Notes: a model not told the origin generated them from the letters alone. A DNA stretch of 58,039 nt from a virus (IMGVR_UViG_3300037246_001186:1-58039), one strand, 5' to 3'. Counted from the first letter of the stretch, positions 17,670 through 28,123 are shown. Made by a program: numbers and translations.

Positions 17670-19896
17670 CAGGCATCACCAGCTCGGGGGCTTCTGGCTC
17701 CTCGATATCGATGAACTCGCGCAGCGCCTTGGCGATACGCCCCGGTGTCAGCGAGGCAACCCACGCACCTGGATCAGCCTTCGGGAACGGGCCAGCGGGG
17801 AACGTATCCCCAGCGATCTCAGTATCCGTCGGAATCACAGATGCAGTAGGCGCCTCGTAGTGACTCAGCCGAGTCTCCGGAGAGAAGAGTGAGAAGCAAC
17901 CCAGCGTCGGGGTACCCACCGCTGCCGCCAAGTGCATGACTCCAGAGTCCGCAGCGACGACTGCCCCCACACACGATAGGATGCACACCAGCGTTTCCAT
18001 ATCAGACTGACCAGACATATCGAGCACCCCATTGAGGCGGATGCCGAGGTTCGTCTCGCCAACGACGAGAGGCGTAAGCCCCATGCCCTTGATGAGCGGG
18101 AACATCTGGGTCAGGTAGTTCCGGGGCAACTGCCGGTGAGGGCTGCCAGACTCGAACGCCAGTGCGACGCATGAAGTTGGATCCACTCCAAACTGCTCCA
18201 GGAACTGCGCCCGGATCATCTGGACCTTCTCCTCATCCAGTGTCACACCGAAGGGGAGGAGTTCATCGTCCTCTAGCCCCATCCAACGAGAAATCGTCAG
18301 AGAACGGTTGACGCTCGGATCTCCCCACGTCGATCTATGCTTCGGAAAGTACAGACCTTCAAGTCGAATCGTCGTGTTGACAGACGTGTTCGGAGTCTTG
18401 TGGGTCTCGTAGGCATCGGCCAATCCCAGTAACCGCGCAAGGTGCAAGCGCTGGCGCTGGACACGAAGCTTGACAGAGCCGTGCTTCCGCAGCGCCTCCA
18501 GGGCCGGACCAGCCATGACGAGATCTCCGTGCCCTGGGTTGTTTACCATGGTCACGAGGAACTCGTGCTCATCGCCGGGTACCGCCATCTTCATCCCACT
18601 TCTCTCCTTCATCAGCTCCTTCTCCTGCTCAGCCACGATGCCAACCCACTGCTGCTGGACACTCTCTAGGCTGGACACTCGCTCGACGAAAGCCCTCCCC
18701 TTATCGCTGTGGCGCTTGAACTTGGGACGCTTCCCATCGATGATGTTCATGATCGTCTTGGCCGCGTTGGCCGCGTTCGGGAAACCCATGCGGCGAGCGT
18801 ACCCTCCACGCATGACGTGTGAGCGCTTCGCTGTCTCATAGAGGTGGACGTTGGGGGTGTCCTTGTGCCAGGCAGCTCGGGCACTATCGTTCGGAACGAC
18901 GCACGGAACGCCACAGGCAAGAGCCTCCCACAGAGGATACTGGAAACCCTCGCCAGTGCTCGTGGAGAGGAACACGTCGGCAGAGGCGTAGATAGTGCGG
19001 GACATCTCCTCTTCGGGGACTCCGCCACCAGCGGGCCAGATGATATCTCTTCCGCGCTGAAGACCATAGCGCTCCGCCATCAGCGGGAGGTTGTAACCGA
19101 GTCCGGCACCCTGCGACTCCTCATCCTCCATCATGTGCTGGTTCAGGAGGAGCTTGCCACGCAGGCTGGGCCGCTGCTTCAGGATGCGCTCCATAACCTC
19201 CTGCGCCATCCAATTGATCTTGCGCTGCTGATTCCGCTCCAACTGGAGGATCACGAACGTATCCGGATCAACACCAAGGCGCTGCTTCGCATCCCGGCGC
19301 TCCTCGTCCGTGGGTATGGCGTACTTCTCCAGATCCACACCGTGAGGGATGACTTTCAGGCGCTGTTCGAGTGCCTCGCGATTCGACTTGCCACCAGCCA
19401 GCTGAATCGTCCACTCCATCAGATCGTGAACATGACTGGCCATAGTAACAGGGACATCGAAGTACGCATCCGCGCCCAGAACGGACATCTCGAAATGTGA
19501 GAGCGGCCCACCATCGACAGGGAACCAACCCATCATGCGAAAGCCAGGATTAGCCTGCCGCAAGGAGTGGAAGACAGCAAGCGCCGACGTTGGCGGTTCG
19601 GTGCCGGGCACCGGATACTTCCACGGAACCTCGGGATCAAACGTCGTCCACATCATATCGAACTCTTCGCCCTGAACGATGCGCGGGATCTCATGGAGTC
19701 CGTAGGGATCCGACTCTCTCAGCGTGGGGGCGTACACCTTCCACGGAATGTCTTGGATCGTCACTGGATCCAGATTCACAGCCAGTTGAGTGATGGTATG
19801 CCCTGCGTCGTGTAATGCGTGGAGGATGTGCTGGGCGGATCGGCCAAAGCCGGTGTGGGCTGTTGGTGCGTCGCACCATGCAAAGATTCTAGCCAC
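17659..19896 (-). CDS. Fused glycosyltransferase: GT4 (N-terminal) plus GT9 heptosyltransferase-like (C-terminal)
   Basis: GT4: TGFGR, IPHGVD, GEGFQYPLWEALACGVP. GT9: GHGDLVMAGPAL, DSGVMHLAAAVGTPTLG. Confidence 0.88.
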   Translation of the reverse strand: MARIFAWCDAPTAHTGFGRSAQHILHALHDAGHTITQLAVNLDPVTIQDIPWKVYAPTLRESDPYGLHEIPRIVQGEEFDMMWTTFDPEVPWKYPVPGTEPPTSALAVFHSLRQANPGFRMMGWFPVDGGPLSHFEMSVLGADAYFDVPVTMASHVHDLMEWTIQLAGGKSNREALEQRLKVIPHGVDLEKYAIPTDEERRDAKQRLGVDPDTFVILQLERNQQRKINWMAQEVMERILKQRPSLRGKLLLNQHMMEDEESQGAGLGYNLPLMAERYGLQRGRDIIWPAGGGVPEEEMSRTIYASADVFLSTSTGEGFQYPLWEALACGVPCVVPNDSARAAWHKDTPNVHLYETAKRSHVMRGGYARRMGFPNAANAAKTIMNIIDGKRPKFKRHSDKGRAFVERVSSLESVQQQWVGIVAEQEKELMKERSGMKMAVPGDEHEFLVTMVNNPGHGDLVMAGPALEALRKHGSVKLRVQRQRLHLARLLGLADAYETHKTPNTSVNTTIRLEGLYFPKHRSTWGDPSVNRSLTISRWMGLEDDELLPFGVTLDEEKVQMIRAQFLEQFGVDPTSCVALAFESGSPHRQLPRNYLTQMFPLIKGMGLTPLVVGETNLGIRLNGVLDMSGQSDMETLVCILSCVGAVVAADSGVMHLAAAVGTPTLGCFSLFSPETRLSHYEAPTASVIPTDTEIAGDTFPAGPFPKADPGAWVASLTPGRIAKALREFIDIEEPEAPELVMPDAE

Positions 19897-19898
19897 GT

Positions 19899-20300
19899 TC
19901 AGGACTCCAGTGTCTTAGTGAGCTGATCCACATACGCCTGAATTGCCATGCGTGCTCTGGACTTGCTCTGTTTATGCGGCATGATCCCTCTGTCTCTTCG
20001 GTGCTTGGCAATAGTCGCGGAGGCAATACCACTCCGCCTAGCCAGTTCCCGATCAGAGATCTTGCCTAGAAGGTGAACCACCCTGGCCACCCGATCGTAC
20101 TTTGGAATGCGCAACTCTCTTCGTAACCGCCCTACAAGACTACGGTGTACGCCTAGCTCCGCAGCGAGGGACAGATCCGTACACTTTCCCAGACGCATGA
20201 TAATCGAACTGTAGTCATTCCGTTGTCCGGGCTCATGTTCTATGCTAGACTGGTCGATAAGCTCAGCATCGGAGGTAGCACTCAATGAACCAGCCCTCAT
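19899..20300 (-). CDS. Tandem-HTH DNA-binding protein (possible regulator); true start may be ATG 20198
   Basis: Two repeats of LGKxxDxxLAxxxG...RxxxxI; divergent from the recombinase. Confidence 0.7.
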   Translation of the reverse strand: MRAGSLSATSDAELIDQSSIEHEPGQRNDYSSIIMRLGKCTDLSLAAELGVHRSLVGRLRRELRIPKYDRVARVVHLLGKISDRELARRSGIASATIAKHRRDRGIMPHKQSKSRARMAIQAYVDQLTKTLES

Positions 20301-21172
20301 CCCTTACTTTCAGCGCCTTCGCCTCCATCAGTATTGATCGACGCATTCTCACTGAAGGTACAACTCAAGGATACCTGCGCTTGCTCGATCACGCAACCCC
20401 CACGCTGGGGTGCCACCAGATCGGAGCTATCTCACGCGGACACGTTCAGGAGTGCCTGGCTGATTGTCGCGACAAGCTCTCCCCATCGACAGCCCAGAAC
20501 GTGCTGAAGCTCATCCGAAGCATCCTGAGAGACGCAGGCAGCACCGCTGCCGACAACATCACTGTTCCTGTCCATGAGCCCAGCATCAGAGTGCTGGACG
20601 CAAGTGAGGTTAGCACACTCCGCACGTACCTGGCCGCACTTGAAACACCGACAGCCTACGCCCTCCTCGTACTGATGGGAACAGGCTTGAGGCGGAGTGA
20701 GCTTCTGAATCTGACTGTGGATGATTGGAGAAGTGGGAGCCGACAGCTGCATGTGGCGCGCTCCAAGTCTCGACGAGTGCGAGACGTGGATGTTCCTGAC
20801 TCGCTGTGTGAGGTGCTTGAGAAAGCTGTCTCTGACAGGATGAAACAAGATAGTGTCACTCCTCATTTCGAAAGTCTGAAAAAAGCCCGAGTAAATTTTC
20901 AGAGTAGAGCTGAGACCAGTGGGCCGCTGTTCGCCATCAGTAAAGACACTCTGCGACGCGCGCTGAATAGTGCCTGTGAAGCTGTTGGTCTTCCTCACAT
21001 ACGCATCCACGCCCTGAGGCATACCCGCATCACCTACCTTCTCATCCGAGGTGTCACTCCCCTATACGTTAGCCAGCAAGCAGGACATAGCTCTCCTGCT
21101 TTCACCCTATCGAGGTATGGCCACCTTGTCGCCGCCTCAACAGAGCAGCGAAGATCCTGGTGTAACGCCTAG
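20285..21172 (+). CDS. Tyrosine recombinase/integrase (core-binding and catalytic domains)
   Basis: TGLRRSE (R), KS (K), HALRH (HxxR), GHSS, RYGH (Y). Confidence 0.93.
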   Translation: MNQPSSLTFSAFASISIDRRILTEGTTQGYLRLLDHATPTLGCHQIGAISRGHVQECLADCRDKLSPSTAQNVLKLIRSILRDAGSTAADNITVPVHEPSIRVLDASEVSTLRTYLAALETPTAYALLVLMGTGLRRSELLNLTVDDWRSGSRQLHVARSKSRRVRDVDVPDSLCEVLEKAVSDRMKQDSVTPHFESLKKARVNFQSRAETSGPLFAISKDTLRRALNSACEAVGLPHIRIHALRHTRITYLLIRGVTPLYVSQQAGHSSPAFTLSRYGHLVAASTEQRRSWCNA

Positions 21173-22113
21173 CTTCTAACGGTCTTCAGGCTGAATGACA
21201 GATTGGCCGGATCAGTCCCAGACACCGACCCTAACACCGCGGTCACCCGGTCACCTGAGGTGACACTATTGGCACTCGTAGCCGTGTGGATACCCTGCGA
21301 TCCTGATGCTGTCACGTCACTCATACCCGATACCGGAGTACCATTGATAGCGACGGTAGCCTGAACTTGGCCAGGTCCAGCAAACGGAGTAACCTCAACA
21401 TCAGCCATGATTCTGATAACCGTACCAGAAAATACCCCGTTCGTAACATTCACTCTCATTAGATGGCTCAAATCAATATCATACAGATGTACGCCTGGAT
21501 CGAAACGAACAGTCTTTCGATACTCATCAATACCTGATGTAGTGATATCAACGGTACCATCCTGAAGAGCTAGGCCGCCTGCACCATTATCAGTAACCCG
21601 AAAGAGCTGAATCAACCCAGGGCTTCCCTCTTCTGTAACCTGAAACGAGAATGACATAGCCGTCACCCAACCGGTCTGAACTGCTTGAGGCCCTGACTCA
21701 GGTTTTCCTACCTGATTCCCCTGGAATGAATAGTTCAAGTTTCTAACTCGGGTACCAGATAAAGTGGCACCAACCTCGTGCCCCCATGTGTACTTATGTA
21801 CATGACCAATGGTGCCTGACGCTGTTCTAACAGCTAGGTCTTGAATCTCATAGTCGTAGAAGGCTCTCTCATCCAGCACAAGAGTGTCACCACTGAGCAC
21901 CGTTTGGGTGTGATGTCTGATCGACTCAATAAGGCCCGCTATACTCTGCGCACCAGCTAGCTCCAGACTCCCTGATAGTGCCAGACTACCATCCAACGCG
22001 AAGGATGTGGCCGCAGGCTCCAGGTCAACAAAGTTGCTACGCATCTTACCAATGTCACCACCAGCCCCTCGGACAACATTGACATCAGCCGGTATCGTTT
22101 TATCATACGCCAC
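21169..22113 (-). CDS. Tail fibre or receptor-binding-type structural protein
   Basis: Last gene of the tail operon; beta-rich; S/G/T-rich. Confidence 0.6.
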   Translation of the reverse strand: MAYDKTIPADVNVVRGAGGDIGKMRSNFVDLEPAATSFALDGSLALSGSLELAGAQSIAGLIESIRHHTQTVLSGDTLVLDERAFYDYEIQDLAVRTASGTIGHVHKYTWGHEVGATLSGTRVRNLNYSFQGNQVGKPESGPQAVQTGWVTAMSFSFQVTEEGSPGLIQLFRVTDNGAGGLALQDGTVDITTSGIDEYRKTVRFDPGVHLYDIDLSHLMRVNVTNGVFSGTVIRIMADVEVTPFAGPGQVQATVAINGTPVSGMSDVTASGSQGIHTATSANSVTSGDRVTAVLGSVSGTDPANLSFSLKTVRS

Positions 22114-22125
22114 AGCACAACTCCT

Positions 22126-24825
22126 CTAAACTTGTGAAAACCGATCCAACCACCGCTGACCAGTGTTGAACTCATCCGCCCATGTGTCAAGCTGATCGAA
22201 TCTATCAGCCCAAGTAAGCGCCTCAGATATATCCTGAACAGGCGCAACTGCCCTGCATGTGAGATTGAACTTGTCACCATTCTGTGGTTCAGTCATAATC
22301 GACTCGACCACGCAACGAGCGCGCTTCGGTGCGTTTCTAGCTGCCAAGAAATCAACCGTAACAACACTCCCACGATCAAGTCCATGCGCTATCCACGCAG
22401 TGCTGAAAAAGAAACGCAGCTTGGAGAAAGCATAACGCGACGCCATCGCAGCAGCCATTCCAGCCACACTCGTGGCAGCATCATACTTCGAATTGCCTAC
22501 GTCCTGTGAATGAGCCCAGAACTTAAACCGCCCTCTTGGGTCTAGCTGCTCGCCAAAGATAGCCACGCTATCAGCGTCTTCTTGATCCTCTGAACGCTGC
22601 CACGTCGGCTGCGATTCTGAATAGTCTGGAGCGTAATCGATCAAGACTTTGTTAATGATATCAGAAACAGGTGTACGCTCCAGCGTTGTCCCGTTGTTTA
22701 GCATGGTGTTTGTGCCAGAGATACCGGGGAGGACAAACGACTGTACAACCTGAAAAGACTCTACGACAGAGAGTGGCTCATGAAACACCATCTCATGTCC
22801 ACTCGGTCCATAGTGGAAGTCAGCACGCGCCTGTATAGCTAACTGCCTCTCCAGCTCTGACCAGCTATTGATCGGGTCAAGCAAAACAAAGTTCCACCTA
22901 ATGTTCTCATCCTGGTGTCTTGCGTCCGCGGCATCATATGCTGATTCATTGATCGTATTAAGCCTACCATCCACTCCAAGAAGATGCGCCTGTAAACCCG
23001 CCATCGCAGCAGCCGGACGACTGATAGGCTGCTGCGTGAAACCACGGACAGTCTCAGTATCTCTCCAAGGACTAAGGACATCACTCCCATCGGCAGCCAC
23101 CGCATACTCTGTAATCTGCGAACCCCTGAGATCCGGAGGCATGCGAAACACAACATCGGCATACTGCATGACCGGCCCTACAGCACCAGAGACCCCTGTA
23201 CCAACACTGACATCCGTATCTCTAGTCAGCTCTATATCAACTTCTAGGTCATGCTCCCACCAAACCTCCTGGACATTTCCAGCTGTCGCCGAGGACATCC
23301 GCACTGTCTCATTGAAGTTTCTAGTCGTAGGCTGCGTGAATCTGTATGTACCAGCGGAGCCCACAGAGCCAAAGGTGATTGTACCTGTGGAGTCCTTGAA
23401 GTCGACTGAGCCAGTCGAGATAACATGCAGCGTGCTGGCTGTGGTGTCATCATCCGAGAAGGGTGCAGGTGGACTGTTGAATGTGATAGTGATGACATTC
23501 AGTGGATCTACTAGAACCGCAGTTGAAGCGTTTCCATCACGAGCCTCCACATTATCCGCACCTGTTCCACCAGTGCCATAGTTCAACTTACTGGTCATGC
23601 GCTCTTTATTGTTGGTACCAAATACAGGTTGCGCAGTGACCTCTACATCATTCGGATCATTTTGCTCAAAGAATACTGGCACGTTGGGGTCAGCTGTACT
23701 CCCCCTAGGTAGCCTAAGGTATGTTTCGTTATTTCCCAAGTTACTAACATGGGCAGAGCCTCCGCCTGTAACAGAGATCTCAAACGGCCATCGCTCAGGG
23801 TCAGCCGTAACAATGCGCCCACTAGCAAACCTGAAACCCACTGAGCCAGCCAAGTCAGGCGAGTAGAGTAAACGATATTCTGCAAGAGCCCACCGAAAAC
23901 CATCGACACTAGGTACCTCTTGAACATAGGCCCCTCGTGGGACAGCGGCGGCCAAACCGCTTGCCAACTCAAACGTTAGAAGATTGTTGATTGCATCAAA
24001 CACGACAGCACCAAAGTCAGGTACTACCGAATGCACGGGGGTTTGGTAATGCAGCACCACCTTAGTCACATTGACACCACCCGCTGACTTCATCATGTTA
24101 ATACCTGAAGTCAGTGGATGAATCTGAATAACAGTGTCACCAGCGTTATAACCCGACACAGTAAAGCCACGAGTCACAGCAGCTGTCGTGGGTGGCCGAA
24201 ACCATGTATCCGGTCTACCCACCACGATGGGATATGCCTTACCAATATCACGCTTGTCTAAACCAGTGCTATTCGTGGAGGTTGGCTCAGGTGGAATCAC
24301 TAGGCGCTGGCGCACTACCTGATTTCTCTTAGCACCGCGGTTGTACAAAACGATATTAAACCCATCCAGGTTCATATCTTGAGGAGCACCAAAGAAGCCA
24401 TCTAGAACTAGCGTCGTCCAATCTGCGTCAGCTAGATCACTCATGCTTGTACCAGGCTTTAGATAGCCTACACGCAGCGTGGCCTTTGTATTCTCCCATC
24501 CGTAGACATCATCTACAACCGACTCCATCACGGACACAGAGGCATTCAACGGTAGATTCATGACAGGTATGATAATCGCTGGAGAGCTTGGACTGCCACC
24601 AGGAGTGAATGCCGCAGCACGCATCACATTCTGTGGGTATAGAATCATGTTGTCAAACGTCTGACCGAGCGCCTGCCCACTCCGAGTAGACCAATAAAAG
24701 TCCACATCAGAATGAGAACCACGCCCCTTCAACTGACCGCTCAGTAGATAGACCGCTCCCTCAAGATTGGAACGCTGAGTGGCGACACTCTGATTTACTG
24801 AAATGTCAAGCTGATTGCTACTCAT
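22126..24825 (-). CDS. Large tail tip/baseplate hub protein
   Basis: 899 aa after the distal tail gene; 'YPIVVG', 'DSVAIFG', 'LDRGSVVTV' tail-hub-like segments. Confidence 0.7.
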   Translation of the reverse strand: MSSNQLDISVNQSVATQRSNLEGAVYLLSGQLKGRGSHSDVDFYWSTRSGQALGQTFDNMILYPQNVMRAAAFTPGGSPSSPAIIIPVMNLPLNASVSVMESVVDDVYGWENTKATLRVGYLKPGTSMSDLADADWTTLVLDGFFGAPQDMNLDGFNIVLYNRGAKRNQVVRQRLVIPPEPTSTNSTGLDKRDIGKAYPIVVGRPDTWFRPPTTAAVTRGFTVSGYNAGDTVIQIHPLTSGINMMKSAGGVNVTKVVLHYQTPVHSVVPDFGAVVFDAINNLLTFELASGLAAAVPRGAYVQEVPSVDGFRWALAEYRLLYSPDLAGSVGFRFASGRIVTADPERWPFEISVTGGGSAHVSNLGNNETYLRLPRGSTADPNVPVFFEQNDPNDVEVTAQPVFGTNNKERMTSKLNYGTGGTGADNVEARDGNASTAVLVDPLNVITITFNSPPAPFSDDDTTASTLHVISTGSVDFKDSTGTITFGSVGSAGTYRFTQPTTRNFNETVRMSSATAGNVQEVWWEHDLEVDIELTRDTDVSVGTGVSGAVGPVMQYADVVFRMPPDLRGSQITEYAVAADGSDVLSPWRDTETVRGFTQQPISRPAAAMAGLQAHLLGVDGRLNTINESAYDAADARHQDENIRWNFVLLDPINSWSELERQLAIQARADFHYGPSGHEMVFHEPLSVVESFQVVQSFVLPGISGTNTMLNNGTTLERTPVSDIINKVLIDYAPDYSESQPTWQRSEDQEDADSVAIFGEQLDPRGRFKFWAHSQDVGNSKYDAATSVAGMAAAMASRYAFSKLRFFFSTAWIAHGLDRGSVVTVDFLAARNAPKRARCVVESIMTEPQNGDKFNLTCRAVAPVQDISEALTWADRFDQLDTWADEFNTGQRWLDRFSQV

Positions 24826-25574
24826 AGAACAACCGCGACCTCTTGAACAGTAACACTAAGTCTATCAACTCCAGCCTCATCCTGGAATGGAAATGGTGGC
24901 TCAGGTACCTCTGCCCAGTACTCGCTAGCGAGGTCATCCTTGAAATAAAACGACTCACCACCTGCCACACCATCAATCCATGTGTTAATCGAATCTACCT
25001 CAGCTCCACTAATAGCCACAAGCTGATATCCAGTTCTCTTAAGGACAGGGCCATCCTTCTTAACAAAAGGCTGACCACCGGGGATGTGGATGCGACTAAA
25101 CTGGCGCACCTTGACTCGATTGACACCAACCTCTGGAGAGCGCGGAAACTGAAACTTATTAGATAGAGACATCTCTTGAGCAGTGTACTGGCTCCCAGAA
25201 ACGCTACCACTCACTGTGAGCCTCCAGACTCTCCGCGCTGTTGCTCCAGAGAACTCCCTCACAAAAGTCTCAGTATCACCTGATAGTGTGAAGTCAAGTA
25301 ACGTTGCATTGTTTCCACCACCAACGTCTTCTGACTCAAGAATGAACCTGTGACCACTGACAGCTAATCCTCTTGGAATTGCCAGCGCATCAGCAGTCTG
25401 ATCACTCGTAAGAGTAACCTGAACAAAGCCGGAAGGTGTCACACCACTCGTAACACGATACCCAAGGCTGATGGAACCATCAGCAATCCTACCAACCACA
25501 TTACTGCTCGTGGCGTTACTCCCTGATAGCGCTCCCCCACTAAACAGATTTCCATAATACGAAATGGGCTTCAT
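24822..25574 (-). CDS. Distal/minor tail protein
   Basis: Directly after the tape measure gene; beta-rich. Confidence 0.65.
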   Translation of the reverse strand: MKPISYYGNLFSGGALSGSNATSSNVVGRIADGSISLGYRVTSGVTPSGFVQVTLTSDQTADALAIPRGLAVSGHRFILESEDVGGGNNATLLDFTLSGDTETFVREFSGATARRVWRLTVSGSVSGSQYTAQEMSLSNKFQFPRSPEVGVNRVKVRQFSRIHIPGGQPFVKKDGPVLKRTGYQLVAISGAEVDSINTWIDGVAGGESFYFKDDLASEYWAEVPEPPFPFQDEAGVDRLSVTVQEVAVVL

Positions 25575-25587
25575 AACTCATCAAACC

Positions 25588-27540
25588 TCAAAATCTATTT
25601 CCACCAAACCCAGCAGTTCTAACTGCGTTTGCGGTCGGGATAGTACCAAGCCTCTCAGCCTCTCTTGTTCTAGCTTGGATGAACTGATTGCGCTCCGTAG
25701 GATCGAATATCCCGAGCCTACTCAGCTCGGATACTAGATCGCTATTGAACTGAGCTAGCGCTTGGTTCACCTGCGCCCGCGCCACGGCGGCCATCTGATC
25801 AGCAACTGCTCTGGCACTGCGAGCCTGGATACCCCCGAAGATCCCACCAGTTCTATTGATACTTCGGCGTGCCTGACCAAGTGACTGCAATGTTGAGAAG
25901 ACATCAGACGTGTCAAGACCCAAGCTCCCACCGGCTCTGCGCCCGCTGTCATCACCACCAGCTCCGCCGACGCCACCTCCTCCAATGCCACTCGCTGCGG
26001 CGGAAGCATCGTCAAATGCACCTGCCGCACCCTCCGCCTCTTGCCGCATGCGCGAGGTCTGATCGGCGGCTAGTGCGATCACATCGGCGAGAGTCTTAGT
26101 AGCAGGCAACAAGTTCTCACGAGTCATCCCAGTCATCTCTCGTAGCATCTCAAGCCTCTTTGCCAACCCTCTGTTTATATTTATGGTCACTCCCTCTTGT
26201 TCCCGCGCATGAGTAACCATCTCATCCATATTCTGTCTAGCGGAAGAAGTAAAGGTGTGAACTCCTCTCCAAAGCTTGGCCAAGGTGCTCGTCTTATCAA
26301 CGTTGTCCCTGATGGCAGCAGAAGCAGCCTCTGTCTCCGTCACCACGTCCTCAGCTGCCCGAGCTACCTGCTCGATCGCAAACTTCGTCGCATCAGACTC
26401 GGACTTCATCTTCGCGATCTCGCCAGCTATTTGACCGAGATCCTTCTTCATCTCGCTAGATGTCTTTCTCAACTCCCCCATGAACGGAAGGCGAGAGAAC
26501 GCCTCAATCAGATTAGCGATAGTCTTCTGAATATCGAAAGCTAGATCCTTAGCGATGATACTCAGCTCCAAAGAACCGATCTTTACCACTCCAATCACTT
26601 GGGCGATGAACAACTTAACATTCGCAATCCAAATGGGTACATTCAAGGACGTGTCTGCAATCTTATCAATCGTCGCAAGGAGGCTAGTAGCCATACCCTT
26701 AAACATATCAGTCATCGCCGCCTTGTTCTGGCGCGCCATACCCACTATCACCTTGACAGCACCAATCCCAGCCTTGGTCAGGGCGTCGAGAACTGGATTG
26801 ATCGCATCACCCACAGCGATCTTGAGATCCAAGAAGGCATTGATGAGCCGCTTGCGCAGACCCTGGGTAGTGTCGGCAACCTTACGGGAGAAATCCCCCA
26901 AGATCTCAGTAGTGAACTTGAATGCCTCTCCGGCCTTCAGTTGCTCCTCAGTGAGAACAGACAAAACAGGAAACGTCTCGCGCAACTCACCAAGCATACC
27001 AGCCATCGTCTTACCAAACTGGAACGCAGACTGGAGAGCATCGCGACCGGTGGCGGAGGAATAGTCCAACACCGCCTTGGTGCTCATAACCAGGGTGTCC
27101 GACTGAACACCAAGAATCGAAAGGGTCTTGGCAATTGAAAGTGTCATCGTTCTACTGTGCTGAGTGGAATCCTGCATCGCCTGCGCGAATTCCTCAAGTT
27201 CCTTAGTGACCGTCCCTACGTTGCTGACACCCTGTAGCGACAGCGATACAGCCAAGTTCCGGACAGACTGCTGCATATCAGCAGCAGCCTGGGAGCTTTC
27301 CTTTAAGAAACCAATCAAGCTCTTCAGTGGTGCAGTAACCCCACGGATGATCCCGGGGAGCACCAACATCAGGTCTCTGAGGACCGCAAGGTTCTTAGCG
27401 AATGATCCGAAGCCCGCACCGGACTTCTTCACGTTCTTGCCCATCTTGTCTAAAGCCTTCGTAGCCCGCGAAAGAGCTTGGATGAAACCCTTGGCGTCTA
27501 GGTCTAATTGGCCTGTAACCTTGCCAGCATTAAACGACAC
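25588..27540 (-). CDS. Tail tape measure protein
   Basis: 650 aa, Ala-rich and helical; 'GKVTGQLDLDAKGF' start; follows the chaperone genes. Confidence 0.88.
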   Translation of the reverse strand: MSFNAGKVTGQLDLDAKGFIQALSRATKALDKMGKNVKKSGAGFGSFAKNLAVLRDLMLVLPGIIRGVTAPLKSLIGFLKESSQAAADMQQSVRNLAVSLSLQGVSNVGTVTKELEEFAQAMQDSTQHSRTMTLSIAKTLSILGVQSDTLVMSTKAVLDYSSATGRDALQSAFQFGKTMAGMLGELRETFPVLSVLTEEQLKAGEAFKFTTEILGDFSRKVADTTQGLRKRLINAFLDLKIAVGDAINPVLDALTKAGIGAVKVIVGMARQNKAAMTDMFKGMATSLLATIDKIADTSLNVPIWIANVKLFIAQVIGVVKIGSLELSIIAKDLAFDIQKTIANLIEAFSRLPFMGELRKTSSEMKKDLGQIAGEIAKMKSESDATKFAIEQVARAAEDVVTETEAASAAIRDNVDKTSTLAKLWRGVHTFTSSARQNMDEMVTHAREQEGVTININRGLAKRLEMLREMTGMTRENLLPATKTLADVIALAADQTSRMRQEAEGAAGAFDDASAAASGIGGGGVGGAGGDDSGRRAGGSLGLDTSDVFSTLQSLGQARRSINRTGGIFGGIQARSARAVADQMAAVARAQVNQALAQFNSDLVSELSRLGIFDPTERNQFIQARTREAERLGTIPTANAVRTAGFGGNRF

Positions 27541-27792
27541 TTACAATCCTTTTCTCGCTTTGAGATGCGATGCCTTCACAGCACTCTCTACCTTATCCTC
27601 GAACGGTTCTGTTGATTCAGGTGCGAGTACATCCAACATCCCACCACCAAGATAAACGAACTCACCTAGTGTCAACGTTCCGTCACTCAGATTCCTCAGC
27701 GTGTACTGCGGGTAGAAGTTCAGGAACTTCGCTATCAGCCCCCTCGTCGGGCTCCCCCCCTTCTTCCTCCGTGCGAAAGGACAACCTCCCAA
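27541..27792 (-). CDS. Tail assembly chaperone C-terminal (GT-like) segment, probably reached by frameshift
   Basis: Overlaps the chaperone ORF in the +1 frame and ends immediately before the tape measure start. Confidence 0.65.
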   Translation of the reverse strand: MGGCPFARRKKGGSPTRGLIAKFLNFYPQYTLRNLSDGTLTLGEFVYLGGGMLDVLAPESTEPFEDKVESAVKASHLKARKGL

Positions 27793-28123
27793 GCGTGTTG
27801 AGCGCTTCGGTTGCGGGCTTCAAGAGCGCCGCCTCCTCCGGGGGTGTCAGATCCTTCCTATCCATCGCCTTCCCCACGGTGGGGGACAGAGCGCGCAGGA
27901 TAGGGCGTAGGAACTCGAACACTTTCTTGGTGAACGCGTGAGAATCCTTCGCGTTCTCATCGTCATCTGGCAGCAGGGGGATCACATCGTCATTGAAGAT
28001 GCTCGACGCATTGAGGAGTGAGAAGACAGTCCCTCCCAGGATGTGCTCCTCACCTCGGAATCGGATGATGATTGGCTTGAAGTCCTCTGCTGCTGCGTCG
28101 ATGTCGAAGATATCTGTAGACAC
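27683..28123 (-). CDS. Tail assembly chaperone (G-like)
   Basis: Between tail tube and tape measure; GTG start with AAGGAG. Confidence 0.7.
   Translation of the reverse strand: MSTDIFDIDAAAEDFKPIIIRFRGEEHILGGTVFSLLNASSIFNDDVIPLLPDDDENAKDSHAFTKKVFEFLRPILRALSPTVGKAMDRKDLTPPEEAALLKPATEALNTLGRLSFRTEEEGGEPDEGADSEVPELLPAVHAEESE

Noticed and set aside
21169-24825. Diversity-generating retroelement acting on tail genes
   Set aside because: No reverse transcriptase and no template/variable repeat pair seen.
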